Made by a program: the position numbers and the translations under genes. From Deltaproteobacteria bacterium (GTDB taxonomy: Bacteria; SAR324; NAC60-12): a stretch of 50,033 nt of DNA. This document shows positions 10,777 to 19,995 of this stretch, one piece after another; within the stretch, counting starts at the first letter, position 1, and each line of letters starts with the position of its first letter. The stretch is taken from NCBI GenBank assembly GCA_038150265.1, contig JAYOTF010000025.1:1-50033 (forward strand). Reading direction: 5' to 3'. The notes under the pieces are model-generated. The model saw only the letters and a program-made list of their open reading frames with translations. It did not search any database and had not been told where the DNA came from.

Positions 10777-11760
10777 ATGATGGAAAACGACTCCTCCCGT
10801 AACCCCGCTTTCATGTCCGTGCAGGACGCCTTCTCCGCCCGCATCAAAGTCTTTGGAGCCGGAGGAGCGGGAGGAAACGTGATCACCAAAATGGTTGAGG
10901 AAGGCGTCCGGCAAGTCGACCTGATCATCTGCAACACGGACCTCAAGGCCCTCAACCGCAACAAGGCGGACCTGAAGATTGAGCTCGGTCAGGAGAAAAC
11001 CCGGGGCCTCGGCGCCGGCGCGGTTCCGGAAGTGGGAGGCCAGGCCGCCGAAGAGAACCTGCCCCAGATCCGGCAAGCCCTGGAGGGCGCAAACATGGCC
11101 TTCATTGCGGCGGGCATGGGAGGCGGAACCGGAACCGGCGCCGCCCCGGTGATTGCGCAGGTGGCCCGGGAAATGGAAGTGCTGACCGTCGGCGTCGTCA
11201 CCCTGCCCTTTTCCTTTGAAGGGCGACGGCGGATGCGAGTGGCCCTGGAAGGCGTCAAGGAGCTCCGCAAGCACACCGACACGCTGCTGGTCATTCCGAA
11301 CGACAAGCTCTACAATGCCAGCACTCAGACCACGAGCCTGCTGGATGCCTTCCACATGGTGGACCTCGTCCTCATCAATGCGATTCAGGGCATCACCGAT
11401 CTCCTCAACGGAGTCGGAGACATCAACGTGGACTTTGCCGACGTCCAGACCATCATGCAGGGCATGGGCAAGGCCATCATCGGCAAGGGGGTGGCCACCG
11501 GACAGGACCGGACCCGACGGGCGGTCCTCAATGCCCTCAACAGCTCCCTCATGGAAGACGAGGACATCCGGGGCGCTCGAGGCATTTTGGTCCATGTGGT
11601 GGGACCACAGGACACCAGCGCGTATGAAATCAACGAAGCCATGAGCATGGTCGAGGAAATGGCCGATGAAGACGTCGATCTGATCTGGGGGGCCTCCTTC
11701 ACGAACACTCCGGAAGACCAGGTCTCCGTCACCATCATCGCCACCGGACTTCCTGACTGA
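10777..11760 (+). CDS. ftsZ: FtsZ-family GTPase lacking the C-terminal linker and peptide
   Basis: GAGGAGGN, NTD, GLGAGA.PE.G, GMGGGTGTG, PF.FEG..R and T7 loop INVDFADV; ends IIATGLPD-stop. Confidence 0.93.
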   Translation: MMENDSSRNPAFMSVQDAFSARIKVFGAGGAGGNVITKMVEEGVRQVDLIICNTDLKALNRNKADLKIELGQEKTRGLGAGAVPEVGGQAAEENLPQIRQALEGANMAFIAAGMGGGTGTGAAPVIAQVAREMEVLTVGVVTLPFSFEGRRRMRVALEGVKELRKHTDTLLVIPNDKLYNASTQTTSLLDAFHMVDLVLINAIQGITDLLNGVGDINVDFADVQTIMQGMGKAIIGKGVATGQDRTRRAVLNALNSSLMEDEDIRGARGILVHVVGPQDTSAYEINEAMSMVEEMADEDVDLIWGASFTNTPEDQVSVTIIATGLPD

Positions 11761-11788
11761 CGCTCACGAACACAGCCATCCGGAAACC

Positions 11789-12502
11789 ATGGGCCGCAGC
11801 CGTATTCAGCTTTACCAGACCAACAACGGCCCCTGTCCCTATCGCGACACGGGGATCTGGCGGAACCTGTCGTTTCACACAGAAGCCGTCTCCGCCCATG
11901 CCTACCGCACCCTCATGGACCAGGGGTTTCGTCGCAGCGGTGCCTCCATCTACCACCCCGCGTGTCCCGGGTGCCAGCGCTGCATCCCCCTCCGCATTGA
12001 CGTCCAGAACTTCCAGCCCTCCAAAAGCCAGCGACGTACGGCCCGGAAGAACCAGGACCTGGAAATTGACATGGTCCCGCTGCAGTTTGAGCAGGAGCAC
12101 TTTCAGCTCTACCAGCGGTATCAGGAGCTCTGGCACCACTCGCAGGTTGAGCCGGAGGACTACTACGAGTTCCTCATCCGGAGCCCTGTTGAAACCGAGA
12201 TCATGACCTACCGGCTCCAGGGCGAACTGATCGGGCTGGGGTGGGTGGACAAGGCTGAAGACGCCCTCAGCTCTGTCTACTTTGCCTTCAACCCGGATCA
12301 TGCAGACCGGCGCCTGGGCGTCTATTCCGTTCTTGCCGAAGTCGACTACTGCCGGGTGCTGAACCTCTCGTGGCTGTACATGGGCTACTGGGTGGAAGAC
12401 TCGGAGAAGATGCGCTACAAGGCCGACTACCGCCCGGCAGAAATTCTTGTGGACCAGGAGTGGATCTCTCTGGATTCCTACCTCAGCGAAGCCGATCAAT
12501 GA
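11789..12502 (+). CDS. bpt: Arginyl-tRNA-protein transferase-like / Asp-Glu leucyltransferase (Bpt/Ate family)
   Basis: CPY, GFRRSG..Y.P.C..C..CIPLR, SKSQRR, LSSVY..F.PD, Y.GYW....KM.YK..Y.P. Confidence 0.9.
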   Translation: MGRSRIQLYQTNNGPCPYRDTGIWRNLSFHTEAVSAHAYRTLMDQGFRRSGASIYHPACPGCQRCIPLRIDVQNFQPSKSQRRTARKNQDLEIDMVPLQFEQEHFQLYQRYQELWHHSQVEPEDYYEFLIRSPVETEIMTYRLQGELIGLGWVDKAEDALSSVYFAFNPDHADRRLGVYSVLAEVDYCRVLNLSWLYMGYWVEDSEKMRYKADYRPAEILVDQEWISLDSYLSEADQ

Positions 12503-12978
12503 CCCCACCAACCTTTACCCACCTGAATGACCGGGACACGCCTCGGATGGTCGACATTTCAGCCAAGGCTGACACGGCCCGGACGGCTGTCGCCGAGGCC
12601 CGGGTGCAGCTGGGCGCCTCCCTTGCGGAACAGCTTCGGGAGACCGGAAGCACCAAGAAGGGTCCGGTGTTTCAGACAGCCATCATCGCCGGCATTCAAG
12701 GCGCCAAACGGACCGCAGACTGGATTCCCATGTGCCACCCGATTGCCCTGTCAGGCGTGGAAGTCGACATTGTGCTGGAAGGAGACGTTGCGGTGATCAC
12801 CGCAGAAGCCCGCACCACCGGACCCACCGGGGTGGAGATGGAAGCCCTGACCGCGGCAAGCGCAGCAGCCCTGACGCTTTATGACATGGGGAAATCGATC
12901 ACCAAGGGAATGGTGATTGAATCCATCCGGCTTCGCTCGAAAACCGGCGGCAAGTCCGGAGACTATCACGCCCCCTGA
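12499..12978 (+). CDS. moaC: Cyclic pyranopterin monophosphate synthase MoaC
   Basis: FTHL, MVDIS.K, AGIQGAK.T...IPMCHP, TGVEMEALT, YDM.K, K.GGKSG; ATGA overlap with bpt. Confidence 0.96.
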   Translation: MTPPTFTHLNDRDTPRMVDISAKADTARTAVAEARVQLGASLAEQLRETGSTKKGPVFQTAIIAGIQGAKRTADWIPMCHPIALSGVEVDIVLEGDVAVITAEARTTGPTGVEMEALTAASAAALTLYDMGKSITKGMVIESIRLRSKTGGKSGDYHAP

Positions 12979-12980
12979 AT

Positions 12981-13922
12981 TCAATTGCCCGCGAGAATCC
13001 GGTCGGCAAACCGCAGGTCCAGCCACTGGGCGGTGGGGTGCTGTTCCAGCACCTGGTGGTAGATTTCCGCAAACCGCTTGAGCCGCTCCGGGAAGTCACT
13101 GGTTCCAAACCGAGCGGTCGTCAATTGCCCATCCTCCTTGCGGATCCAGAGCTGAACATTCGTTGGATCCGACAGATCCGTTGCCACCACCCGCTCCCGC
13201 AGCTCCGGAAACGGCTCCAGCGCCTCCAGAAACCGCAACCCGTTTTCCAGCATCAGCGAGTTCAGCCGAGTTCCTACCTGCCATCCGGAGTCCGGAATCC
13301 CAATCAGCACCGGCCACCCCAGGGTGTTGGCGGGACGCCGCTGCAGCAGACGATGGTGGCGGTCCACCAAAAAGCTCTGCGCCTCGGTCCGGATGATGGC
13401 AACAGGCTGATGCTCCTGAAGCGTCAGGTGCAGGCGATCGGGAAACTCCCTCCGGACCTCAACCGTCTCAACTTCCGGAAGCTGCTGCAGCCGTTGCCCC
13501 AGCAGAATGGGGTCCAGGTCACTCAAGACGGAATCAGGCGTCAGCCCGGTCCGAGCCAGGACCTGTTCCTTGGTCAGCAGTTCGTTTCCGGAAATGTAAA
13601 GGGTCTGAGGAGGCTGCGAAAAGAAGGCCTGGGCAAAGGGCAAGAGGCTCAGGCCAATCCAGAAGCAGAGGCCCACCAGCACCAGATTTGCCCCACGCAG
13701 CAGGAGCAGGCGCAGCTCACTCTGCAGCTCATAGGGATTGTCGGTGGCAAAGAGGTTCCACAGCAGGGGCCAACGGAACGCGTCCTTCATCGTGCCGGGC
13801 TGCAGCAGCTTCGGGGGGCTCGCCATGAGCTGGCGCCCCATGCGCTTGAGCCGCGGCTGCGACCGCTTGCGCTTCGGAAGCTTCGCCTGCCGGCGATGGC
13901 TGTGGTGCTTGAGGTCTTGCAT
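12981..13922 (-). CDS. ftsQ: Cell division protein FtsQ/DivIB
   Basis: Basic N-terminus, one TM, POTRA-like region (ISGN..L, LPEV..VEVRR.FPD.L...L.E..PVA) and C-terminal DLRF. Confidence 0.85.
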   Translation of the reverse strand: MQDLKHHSHRRQAKLPKRKRSQPRLKRMGRQLMASPPKLLQPGTMKDAFRWPLLWNLFATDNPYELQSELRLLLLRGANLVLVGLCFWIGLSLLPFAQAFFSQPPQTLYISGNELLTKEQVLARTGLTPDSVLSDLDPILLGQRLQQLPEVETVEVRREFPDRLHLTLQEHQPVAIIRTEAQSFLVDRHHRLLQRRPANTLGWPVLIGIPDSGWQVGTRLNSLMLENGLRFLEALEPFPELRERVVATDLSDPTNVQLWIRKEDGQLTTARFGTSDFPERLKRFAEIYHQVLEQHPTAQWLDLRFADRILAGN

Positions 13923-13978
13923 GAGCGTGGCGTGCCAGGCAAAGAATCAGAGGTCTCATCCCGACCAAGGGGGCGGCG

Positions 13979-14950
13979 TCAGGCAGCCGGAGGCGTTGTT
14001 TCAAACGGCAGGGGCTGCAACCACTGCACCTCCGTTTCCAGCCAGACCCCCTGCTGCGCCTGCACCTGCTCCTGCACATGAGCAATCAGCGCTTCCACCT
14101 CAGTGGCCTGGGCTGCTCCCTGATTGATGATAAAGTTTGCATGCTTTTCGCTGACCTGTGCTGCTCCACGACAAACGCCCTTGAGGCCACTGGCCTCAAT
14201 GAGCCGTGCCGCGTAGTCACCCGGAGGATTCTTGAAGACGGAGCCACAGCTCGGTTGACGAGGCTGGCGTGCTTCCCGGAACTGCAGGCAGTGCTCCAGT
14301 TGGTGGCGGACGGCTTCCGGATCCGACTCCTTCAGGCGAAAGGACGCCCCGGTGACGACAATTCCGTTTCGACCATTCAGGTGAGAGTGCCGGTACCGAA
14401 ACCCGGCATGCGCTCCGGACGTCTGGTGAACGGTTCCGGAGAGATCGAACCAGTGGGCTTCCAACAGGAAATCCGCCACTTCGCCTCCGTGGGCGCCGGC
14501 GTTCATTGCCACCGCTCCCCCGATGGTTCCCGGAATGCCCACCAGGAACTCCATGCCTCCCCAACCCGGCTCCTGACACCGCTGGGCAAAGGTCACATCA
14601 GCTAGGGCTGCTCCTGCAAACACCGTGCGCGCCTCGGCGGCGGCCACAAAACTCTTGAAGTCGCCGGCCAGGTGCAGAACCAAACCCGGCCAGCCGGCTT
14701 CCGGAATCAACAGGTTCGATCCCTTTCCCAACAGCGTCCACGGAATGCGGTGCTCGCGGATGAACGGCAGGAGCTGGCTCAGGTCCTCCGGAGTGGTCAC
14801 ATCCACCAGACAGGTGGCTGGCCCTCCAATGCGCCAGGTGTTCAGCCGCTGCAACGGAGCCTCCCAGCGAATCCGGGCCTGCAGGCCCAACCCTTCCAGC
14901 GCTCCCTGCCACGCCTGCCGATCCGGAGCCTCTGCAAGAGCCGGAGCCAT
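13979..14950 (-). CDS. murB: UDP-N-acetylenolpyruvoylglucosamine reductase
   Basis: NTWRIGGPA, LGKGSNLL, GIPGTIGGAVAMNAGA, F.YR.S, SCGSVFKNP, VSEKHANF. Confidence 0.96.
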   Translation of the reverse strand: MAPALAEAPDRQAWQGALEGLGLQARIRWEAPLQRLNTWRIGGPATCLVDVTTPEDLSQLLPFIREHRIPWTLLGKGSNLLIPEAGWPGLVLHLAGDFKSFVAAAEARTVFAGAALADVTFAQRCQEPGWGGMEFLVGIPGTIGGAVAMNAGAHGGEVADFLLEAHWFDLSGTVHQTSGAHAGFRYRHSHLNGRNGIVVTGASFRLKESDPEAVRHQLEHCLQFREARQPRQPSCGSVFKNPPGDYAARLIEASGLKGVCRGAAQVSEKHANFIINQGAAQATEVEALIAHVQEQVQAQQGVWLETEVQWLQPLPFETTPPAA

Positions 14951-15336
14951 CAGTCTTCGTCGCTCCAGGATTCAGCAGGGCAGCCCTCGTGCAGGCCTTC
15001 GAGGTGGTAGTACTTGCGGATTTCGGGGTGAAAGATGTGCACCACGGTTTCAGCATAGTCGATGAGGATCCAGTTGCCGTCCTTCTCCCCCTCTTTCCCC
15101 AACGGGTAGAGGCCGGTGCGCTTCAGGTCCACCTCCACGCGCTCTGCAATGCCCCGACAGTGGGCCTGGGAGCGGCCTTCGCAGATGATGACAAAGTCGC
15201 TCAGCGAGGAGCGGTCGCGGACGTCAAAGCGGACGATTTGCCGCGCCTTTGCCTCCTGCAGGGCGTTCAGGATCGGGTCCTCTGTCGTCTGCGGAGCAGA
15301 GGAGGTCAAGGGGTCTGGGGAGGGTATTGCTTCCAA
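14950..15336 (-). CDS. rsfS: Ribosome silencing factor RsfS
   Basis: KA..I...DV, D.VII..G.S..H, EG....WILIDY..VVHIF..E.R.YY.LE.L; start uncertain. Confidence 0.93.
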   Translation of the reverse strand: MEAIPSPDPLTSSAPQTTEDPILNALQEAKARQIVRFDVRDRSSLSDFVIICEGRSQAHCRGIAERVEVDLKRTGLYPLGKEGEKDGNWILIDYAETVVHIFHPEIRKYYHLEGLHEGCPAESWSDED

Positions 15337-15377
15337 TCGTTTTCCATGGCACGGTTGCGGAGCCGAGGCTCCAGATT

Positions 15378-18300
15378 CTATTCGTTGCTGCCCAGCGGTT
15401 GCAGCACCAGCAGCAGGTCACCCTGGTTGACCGTCTCGCGGTCGGCGGCCAGCACCCGGTTGACGCGGTACCGCTGGACCGGGTACACCGGGGAGCCGTC
15501 CGGATGCTGATACGACGACAGGCTCAGTTCGGTGAAGACCTTCATCGACTCCATCAGGCACAGCGGCTGAGTGACGTCAATGACCTGGCCCTCTTCCACC
15601 AGCGGAGGAGCGTCGGGAGAGCTCGCCCGGTAGAAACCGCCCATTTGCGGAGACAGCACCTTCAGCTCGCCCCCCTCCAGCTTGAGGGCTTCCAAATCCA
15701 GCGAAATGCCGGCGTCTCCGGACGCTTCCTTCGTCTCGCGAATGAGGGCATCCCGGTCGATGCGCTCTAGGAAGCCGTTGAGGAACTTGGTATCGAAGTC
15801 CCCTTTCTGGAACACCGGGTCTTCCAGGATCCGTCGGCTCAGCGTCAGGTTGGTCGGAACACCGTGGATCTTGACGCGCTGGAGGTACCCGATGAGGCGC
15901 TCAATGGCTTCCTGACGGGTGGGTCCCCAGCCGATGATCTGAACCACCAGGCTATCATAGTACGGCGTCACCGTCGAACCCGCCTGAACCGCGGTCAGCA
16001 CACGGATGTGGTCTTCTTCCGGAAGCACGAGCTCCGAAAGCACCCCGGGTGAAGGAACAAAGCGCAAGACGCCACGGTCGGTCAGCTCAATGCGTTCGGC
16101 GTTGATGCGCAGCTCAATGGCGTGCCCGTTGTCACGGTACTTGAGGTCCTTCAGGTTCGCGCCTTCTGCCACGGCAAACTGCTGCTGCACCAGGTCCACC
16201 CCGCTGGTCATTTCCGTAACCGGGTGTTCCACCTGCAGACGCGTGTTCATCTCCATGAAGTAGATGGTCTGATTGTCGAGATCGTAAATGAACTCCACGG
16301 TTCCCGCTCCAATGTAGTCCATCTCGTCAATCAGGCGACGGGAGTGCAGAAGGAGCTGATCCTTGATCTTCTTCGGGAGCTCAAAGGCCGACTCTTCCAC
16401 CAGCTTCTGGTAGCTCCGCTGCACCGAGCAGTCCCGGACCCCGAGCAAGTGCGCGTTTCCATGCTGGTCTCGCATGACCTGCACCTCCAGGTGCCGCATG
16501 GAGCCGATGAACTTTTCGAGGTACAAGTCGCCACTGCCAAAGGCGCTCAAGGCTTCCTGAGACATGCGGGTGAAGGTGGAGACAAACTGCTTCGCCTCTT
16601 CCACCACGCTGATGCCCTTTCCGCCTCCGCCGTGCGTGGCCTTGATGAGCACCGGGAAGCCAATTTCCTCGGCAACCGCCAGGGCCATCACCGGATCCGT
16701 CAACGCGCCATCGCTTCCGGGAACCACCGGAATGCTGAGGTTCTTGGCTGTGGAGATGGCGTTGGACTTGTTCCCCATGAGGTCCATGTTTGACGCCCGT
16801 GGACCAATGAAGTTGAACCCGTGCTCCCGGCAGATCCGCGCGTACCACGGAGACTCTGACAGGAAACCGATTCCGGGGTGAATCGCATCCGCCTCTTCCT
16901 GCTCAGCCACCCGGATGACGCTCATGGCATTGAGGTAGCTTTCCTGAGGCGTGTTGCCACCGATGCACACCAGGCGGTCGTTCTCGCGGAGCAACTGGGC
17001 CGCATGGCTTTCCATGTCCGGATCGGAAGCAACCAGGATGACCTCGCGGTTGCTGTCCTGAGCAGCCTTGATCAGCCGCACCGACGTGCATCCGCGCGCA
17101 TGAATCAGCACCCGCTGAATCGGACCATTGTTCAGGTCCTCTCGCGTCAGGCCGTTTTCTTCCAGCTCCTCGCCGTTGATCCGGAGCTGGTACTCACCGG
17201 AGAGCACCCGGGAGAGGATTTCCTCTACCGTGTACTGCGGGGCCGGCAGTTCCGGATCAATCGCCTGCAGCTTGGAGTCAATGTCGGCATCAAACGGATT
17301 GGTCACCAGACCATCCATGGTGGCATTGTTCTTCGAGAGGTAATTGGCCAGGGTCGCCTGAGCCGGCAGGTGGCTCTCCACCACCAGCTGCCCTGCAAAC
17401 GGAATCTGGGCGCCAGAGAGGTAATACGTCCGGGCCAGCAGATGCGTCACAAAGCTCGCCTGCGCTCCGCCGGTACAGTCCCGGAAGCCAAAGCAGATCA
17501 CCGGCAGGTCGAAGTCCTTGACGAAGCGGGTGATGCGGTCGTTGACGATCGCCATCGAGAAGAGCGAGCCGGCGCCTTCCTTCGTCTGCATCCCGGCAGA
17601 GGAGACAAACAGGATCAGGGGCAGCTTGAGGCGCGCGCAATCGTCGAGCAGCCGACACACCTTTTCGCAGCTTGCCATGTCAAAGGCCCCAGCCTGGAAG
17701 TCGGAGTTGCTGACAGCCAGTCCCACCCGGAACTTCTGCTCCGAGCCGTCTGGAAGCCGAGACTGAAACTGCGCCAGCCCGGTGACCAGTCCACAGGGCG
17801 TGATGTTCCGTTCCAGCGACTTCTCAATGGCATCCCGGAAGCCGGGGAACTGCACCGGGTTGGCCGTAATCAGATCGTCGTACAGCTCCTCAAAATTCGT
17901 GAAGAAGCGGTCAATCACCTCCCTGGACGTGATGGTCTTGCGCTTGTACTCGCGGAGCAGGTTCTGGATCAGCAGGTCCTTGTAGGCCTGATCGAGTCGG
18001 TTCCAGAAGTCCTTGATGCCAATGTTCCGAGGCGTGATCTTGCCGTTGAATTTTCCGGTGCCTCGCTGGGCGGCATAGAGCGACGGGAGCAATCCGGAGA
18101 AGTAGTAACGGACCACCCCAAACAGAGGAGGGCTCATGCGGGGGAAGACGATGCGCTTCCAGGCGCTGATGGTCGCCATCACGTCATCCACGTTCTTCTG
18201 CGCAATGAACCGGGCAAGCCACTGAAAGAACCCCTCGCGGACCTTCGCATTGTCCACCTGCAGGTCCCGGCGCTCAAACTCCTTCATTGCCCCATCAAAG

Positions 18301-19931
18301 GCCTTCTCAAAGAGCCGCTCCACCGATTCCTGAGAAATCAGGTTCGCGCCCTTGAGCTCATGGGCAATGCTGGGGAGGCCTTCGATGATCTGGTCGTACA
18401 GCAGGTCAAAGAGGATGATGTTCGGGAGGCTGGTCAGCAGGTGCTGGCAGACCTCCGGCTCGAGCATGAGCTGCAGGAGGTTGATGTTGTCTTCTGAAAC
18501 ATCGCGCCACGCGCTGTTTTCCAGATGCTCCCGGAGGGCCACCAGGTTGTCGATGCTGCTGTCCTTCCAGAAGTTGTAGAGGTACAGCAGGATCTCGCTG
18601 GTCAGCTCCTCCAACGCCTTCTGGAAGTTCTCCCGGGGGTCGCCCATGAAGAAGGTGGCAAACCGTCCCCGCTCCTTGTCCCGGTCTTCCCGGGCGCTCT
18701 GGTAGCTCTGAAAGCGCTTGTTGAGCGCCTCGTGGTAACGGACCTCCAGCGGCGCCTCCAGCCAGCGGTTGAACTTTTCCTGCCGCTCTTCATTCAGGCG
18801 CTCCTGCAGCCTGCCCGTCGGAGCCTGCCGGTTGCTGAGGCGCGAGTACTGATGCACGGAGCGGCTGCTGATGCGCCGCCGCATCTTCAGGGTCCGCAGG
18901 AAGCGGTACACGTCCCCGAAGACATTCAGGGTTCCGGTGGGAGAACGATCGGTCCGGCGGTTTGCCTCAATAAGCAGCTCAGACGGGTTGAGGTAGTGGT
19001 TGATGCTCTCGCGGTAGTGATCAAAGAAGAAGTCATGCTCGCGCAGAAAGCGCCGGGCGTTGTTTTCCGTGGTCTCAATGGCGCTCAGAAGCGCGCTCTT
19101 GAGGTTTGCAATCTTGTGAGGCGTGTCAAAGGAGTAGTCGACAATGCCATCGAAGTACCCCTGCTCCATCAGCTCATACGAGGACACGCCAATGTACTTG
19201 GCCGACTCCTGCCAGGACAGGTTGTACTTGCGGGCAATGTTGGCCAGCCCCTTCGGGTGGATGGTGTTGAACACGCCTTCCCGGGTAGAAAGCAGCACAT
19301 TCGCCGTTGCCAGCGGAATCGCTCCCCCGCTGTAGCCGCAGCCGTACACCACTCCAATCACCGGCACCTGCACGTTGGCCATCTCGGAGATGAAGAAGGA
19401 GATGCTGTGAGCCTGATTCTGCAGGTTCGCTTCTGCATCGGCCGCTGCCCCTGGCGTGTCAATGAACGTCACCAGCGGCATGCCATGAGACGCATAGAAG
19501 CGCACCTTCTCCGCTGCCTTGCGGTGATGCATCGGTCCCCAGACCCCGTTTTGCGCCTTGTGGTTCTGGGCAATGAACCCCACCCGGCGCATCTGTCCGG
19601 AAAGCTCAAACTCCAGCTCAGCCGCATAATACGGCCCCTCGGACTCTTCTGCGATGAGCTTGCCCCCCAACTGCTTGATCACTTCCGGCGTGCTGGGGCG
19701 CTTCTGGTTTTCCGATGGACTGACCACCCGCTGGATGTAGGAATCCACATCCAGGTGGCGCAGCTCCTTGATGCGCTTCCGCACTTCCGTGCGCTCAATC
19801 AGGCCCACTACCCCGGAGTCGTCCAAAACGTCGTGGGTCGGCCCCTTCAAGGCAAGGTCGTGGGACATGGCTTCAGCAATTCGAAACGCCGAATTGAGCG
19901 GCTTGCCCTTGCGTTTACTGGTGGTGCTCAT
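15378..19931 (-). CDS. Single-polypeptide biotin-dependent (acetyl/acyl-CoA) carboxylase: CT-alpha, linker, CT-beta, biotin carboxylase, BCCP
   Basis: FIDTPGA and GYSGGA (AccA-like); AGMQTKEG and CTGGAQASF (AccD-like); HPG.GFLSE, GGGGKG, RDCSVQR, EMNTRLQVEHPVTE, RINAE (BC); SPQMGGFYR and ESMKV (BCCP). ATG at 19931. Confidence 0.9.
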   Translation of the reverse strand: MSTTSKRKGKPLNSAFRIAEAMSHDLALKGPTHDVLDDSGVVGLIERTEVRKRIKELRHLDVDSYIQRVVSPSENQKRPSTPEVIKQLGGKLIAEESEGPYYAAELEFELSGQMRRVGFIAQNHKAQNGVWGPMHHRKAAEKVRFYASHGMPLVTFIDTPGAAADAEANLQNQAHSISFFISEMANVQVPVIGVVYGCGYSGGAIPLATANVLLSTREGVFNTIHPKGLANIARKYNLSWQESAKYIGVSSYELMEQGYFDGIVDYSFDTPHKIANLKSALLSAIETTENNARRFLREHDFFFDHYRESINHYLNPSELLIEANRRTDRSPTGTLNVFGDVYRFLRTLKMRRRISSRSVHQYSRLSNRQAPTGRLQERLNEERQEKFNRWLEAPLEVRYHEALNKRFQSYQSAREDRDKERGRFATFFMGDPRENFQKALEELTSEILLYLYNFWKDSSIDNLVALREHLENSAWRDVSEDNINLLQLMLEPEVCQHLLTSLPNIILFDLLYDQIIEGLPSIAHELKGANLISQESVERLFEKAFDGAMKEFERRDLQVDNAKVREGFFQWLARFIAQKNVDDVMATISAWKRIVFPRMSPPLFGVVRYYFSGLLPSLYAAQRGTGKFNGKITPRNIGIKDFWNRLDQAYKDLLIQNLLREYKRKTITSREVIDRFFTNFEELYDDLITANPVQFPGFRDAIEKSLERNITPCGLVTGLAQFQSRLPDGSEQKFRVGLAVSNSDFQAGAFDMASCEKVCRLLDDCARLKLPLILFVSSAGMQTKEGAGSLFSMAIVNDRITRFVKDFDLPVICFGFRDCTGGAQASFVTHLLARTYYLSGAQIPFAGQLVVESHLPAQATLANYLSKNNATMDGLVTNPFDADIDSKLQAIDPELPAPQYTVEEILSRVLSGEYQLRINGEELEENGLTREDLNNGPIQRVLIHARGCTSVRLIKAAQDSNREVILVASDPDMESHAAQLLRENDRLVCIGGNTPQESYLNAMSVIRVAEQEEADAIHPGIGFLSESPWYARICREHGFNFIGPRASNMDLMGNKSNAISTAKNLSIPVVPGSDGALTDPVMALAVAEEIGFPVLIKATHGGGGKGISVVEEAKQFVSTFTRMSQEALSAFGSGDLYLEKFIGSMRHLEVQVMRDQHGNAHLLGVRDCSVQRSYQKLVEESAFELPKKIKDQLLLHSRRLIDEMDYIGAGTVEFIYDLDNQTIYFMEMNTRLQVEHPVTEMTSGVDLVQQQFAVAEGANLKDLKYRDNGHAIELRINAERIELTDRGVLRFVPSPGVLSELVLPEEDHIRVLTAVQAGSTVTPYYDSLVVQIIGWGPTRQEAIERLIGYLQRVKIHGVPTNLTLSRRILEDPVFQKGDFDTKFLNGFLERIDRDALIRETKEASGDAGISLDLEALKLEGGELKVLSPQMGGFYRASSPDAPPLVEEGQVIDVTQPLCLMESMKVFTELSLSSYQHPDGSPVYPVQRYRVNRVLAADRETVNQGDLLLVLQPLGSNE

Positions 19932-19995
19932 GGAACAAGTATCAGGAGGTAGGTCGAAGGGTTGACGATGCGCGGGATCTACCAATCACCCTTCT

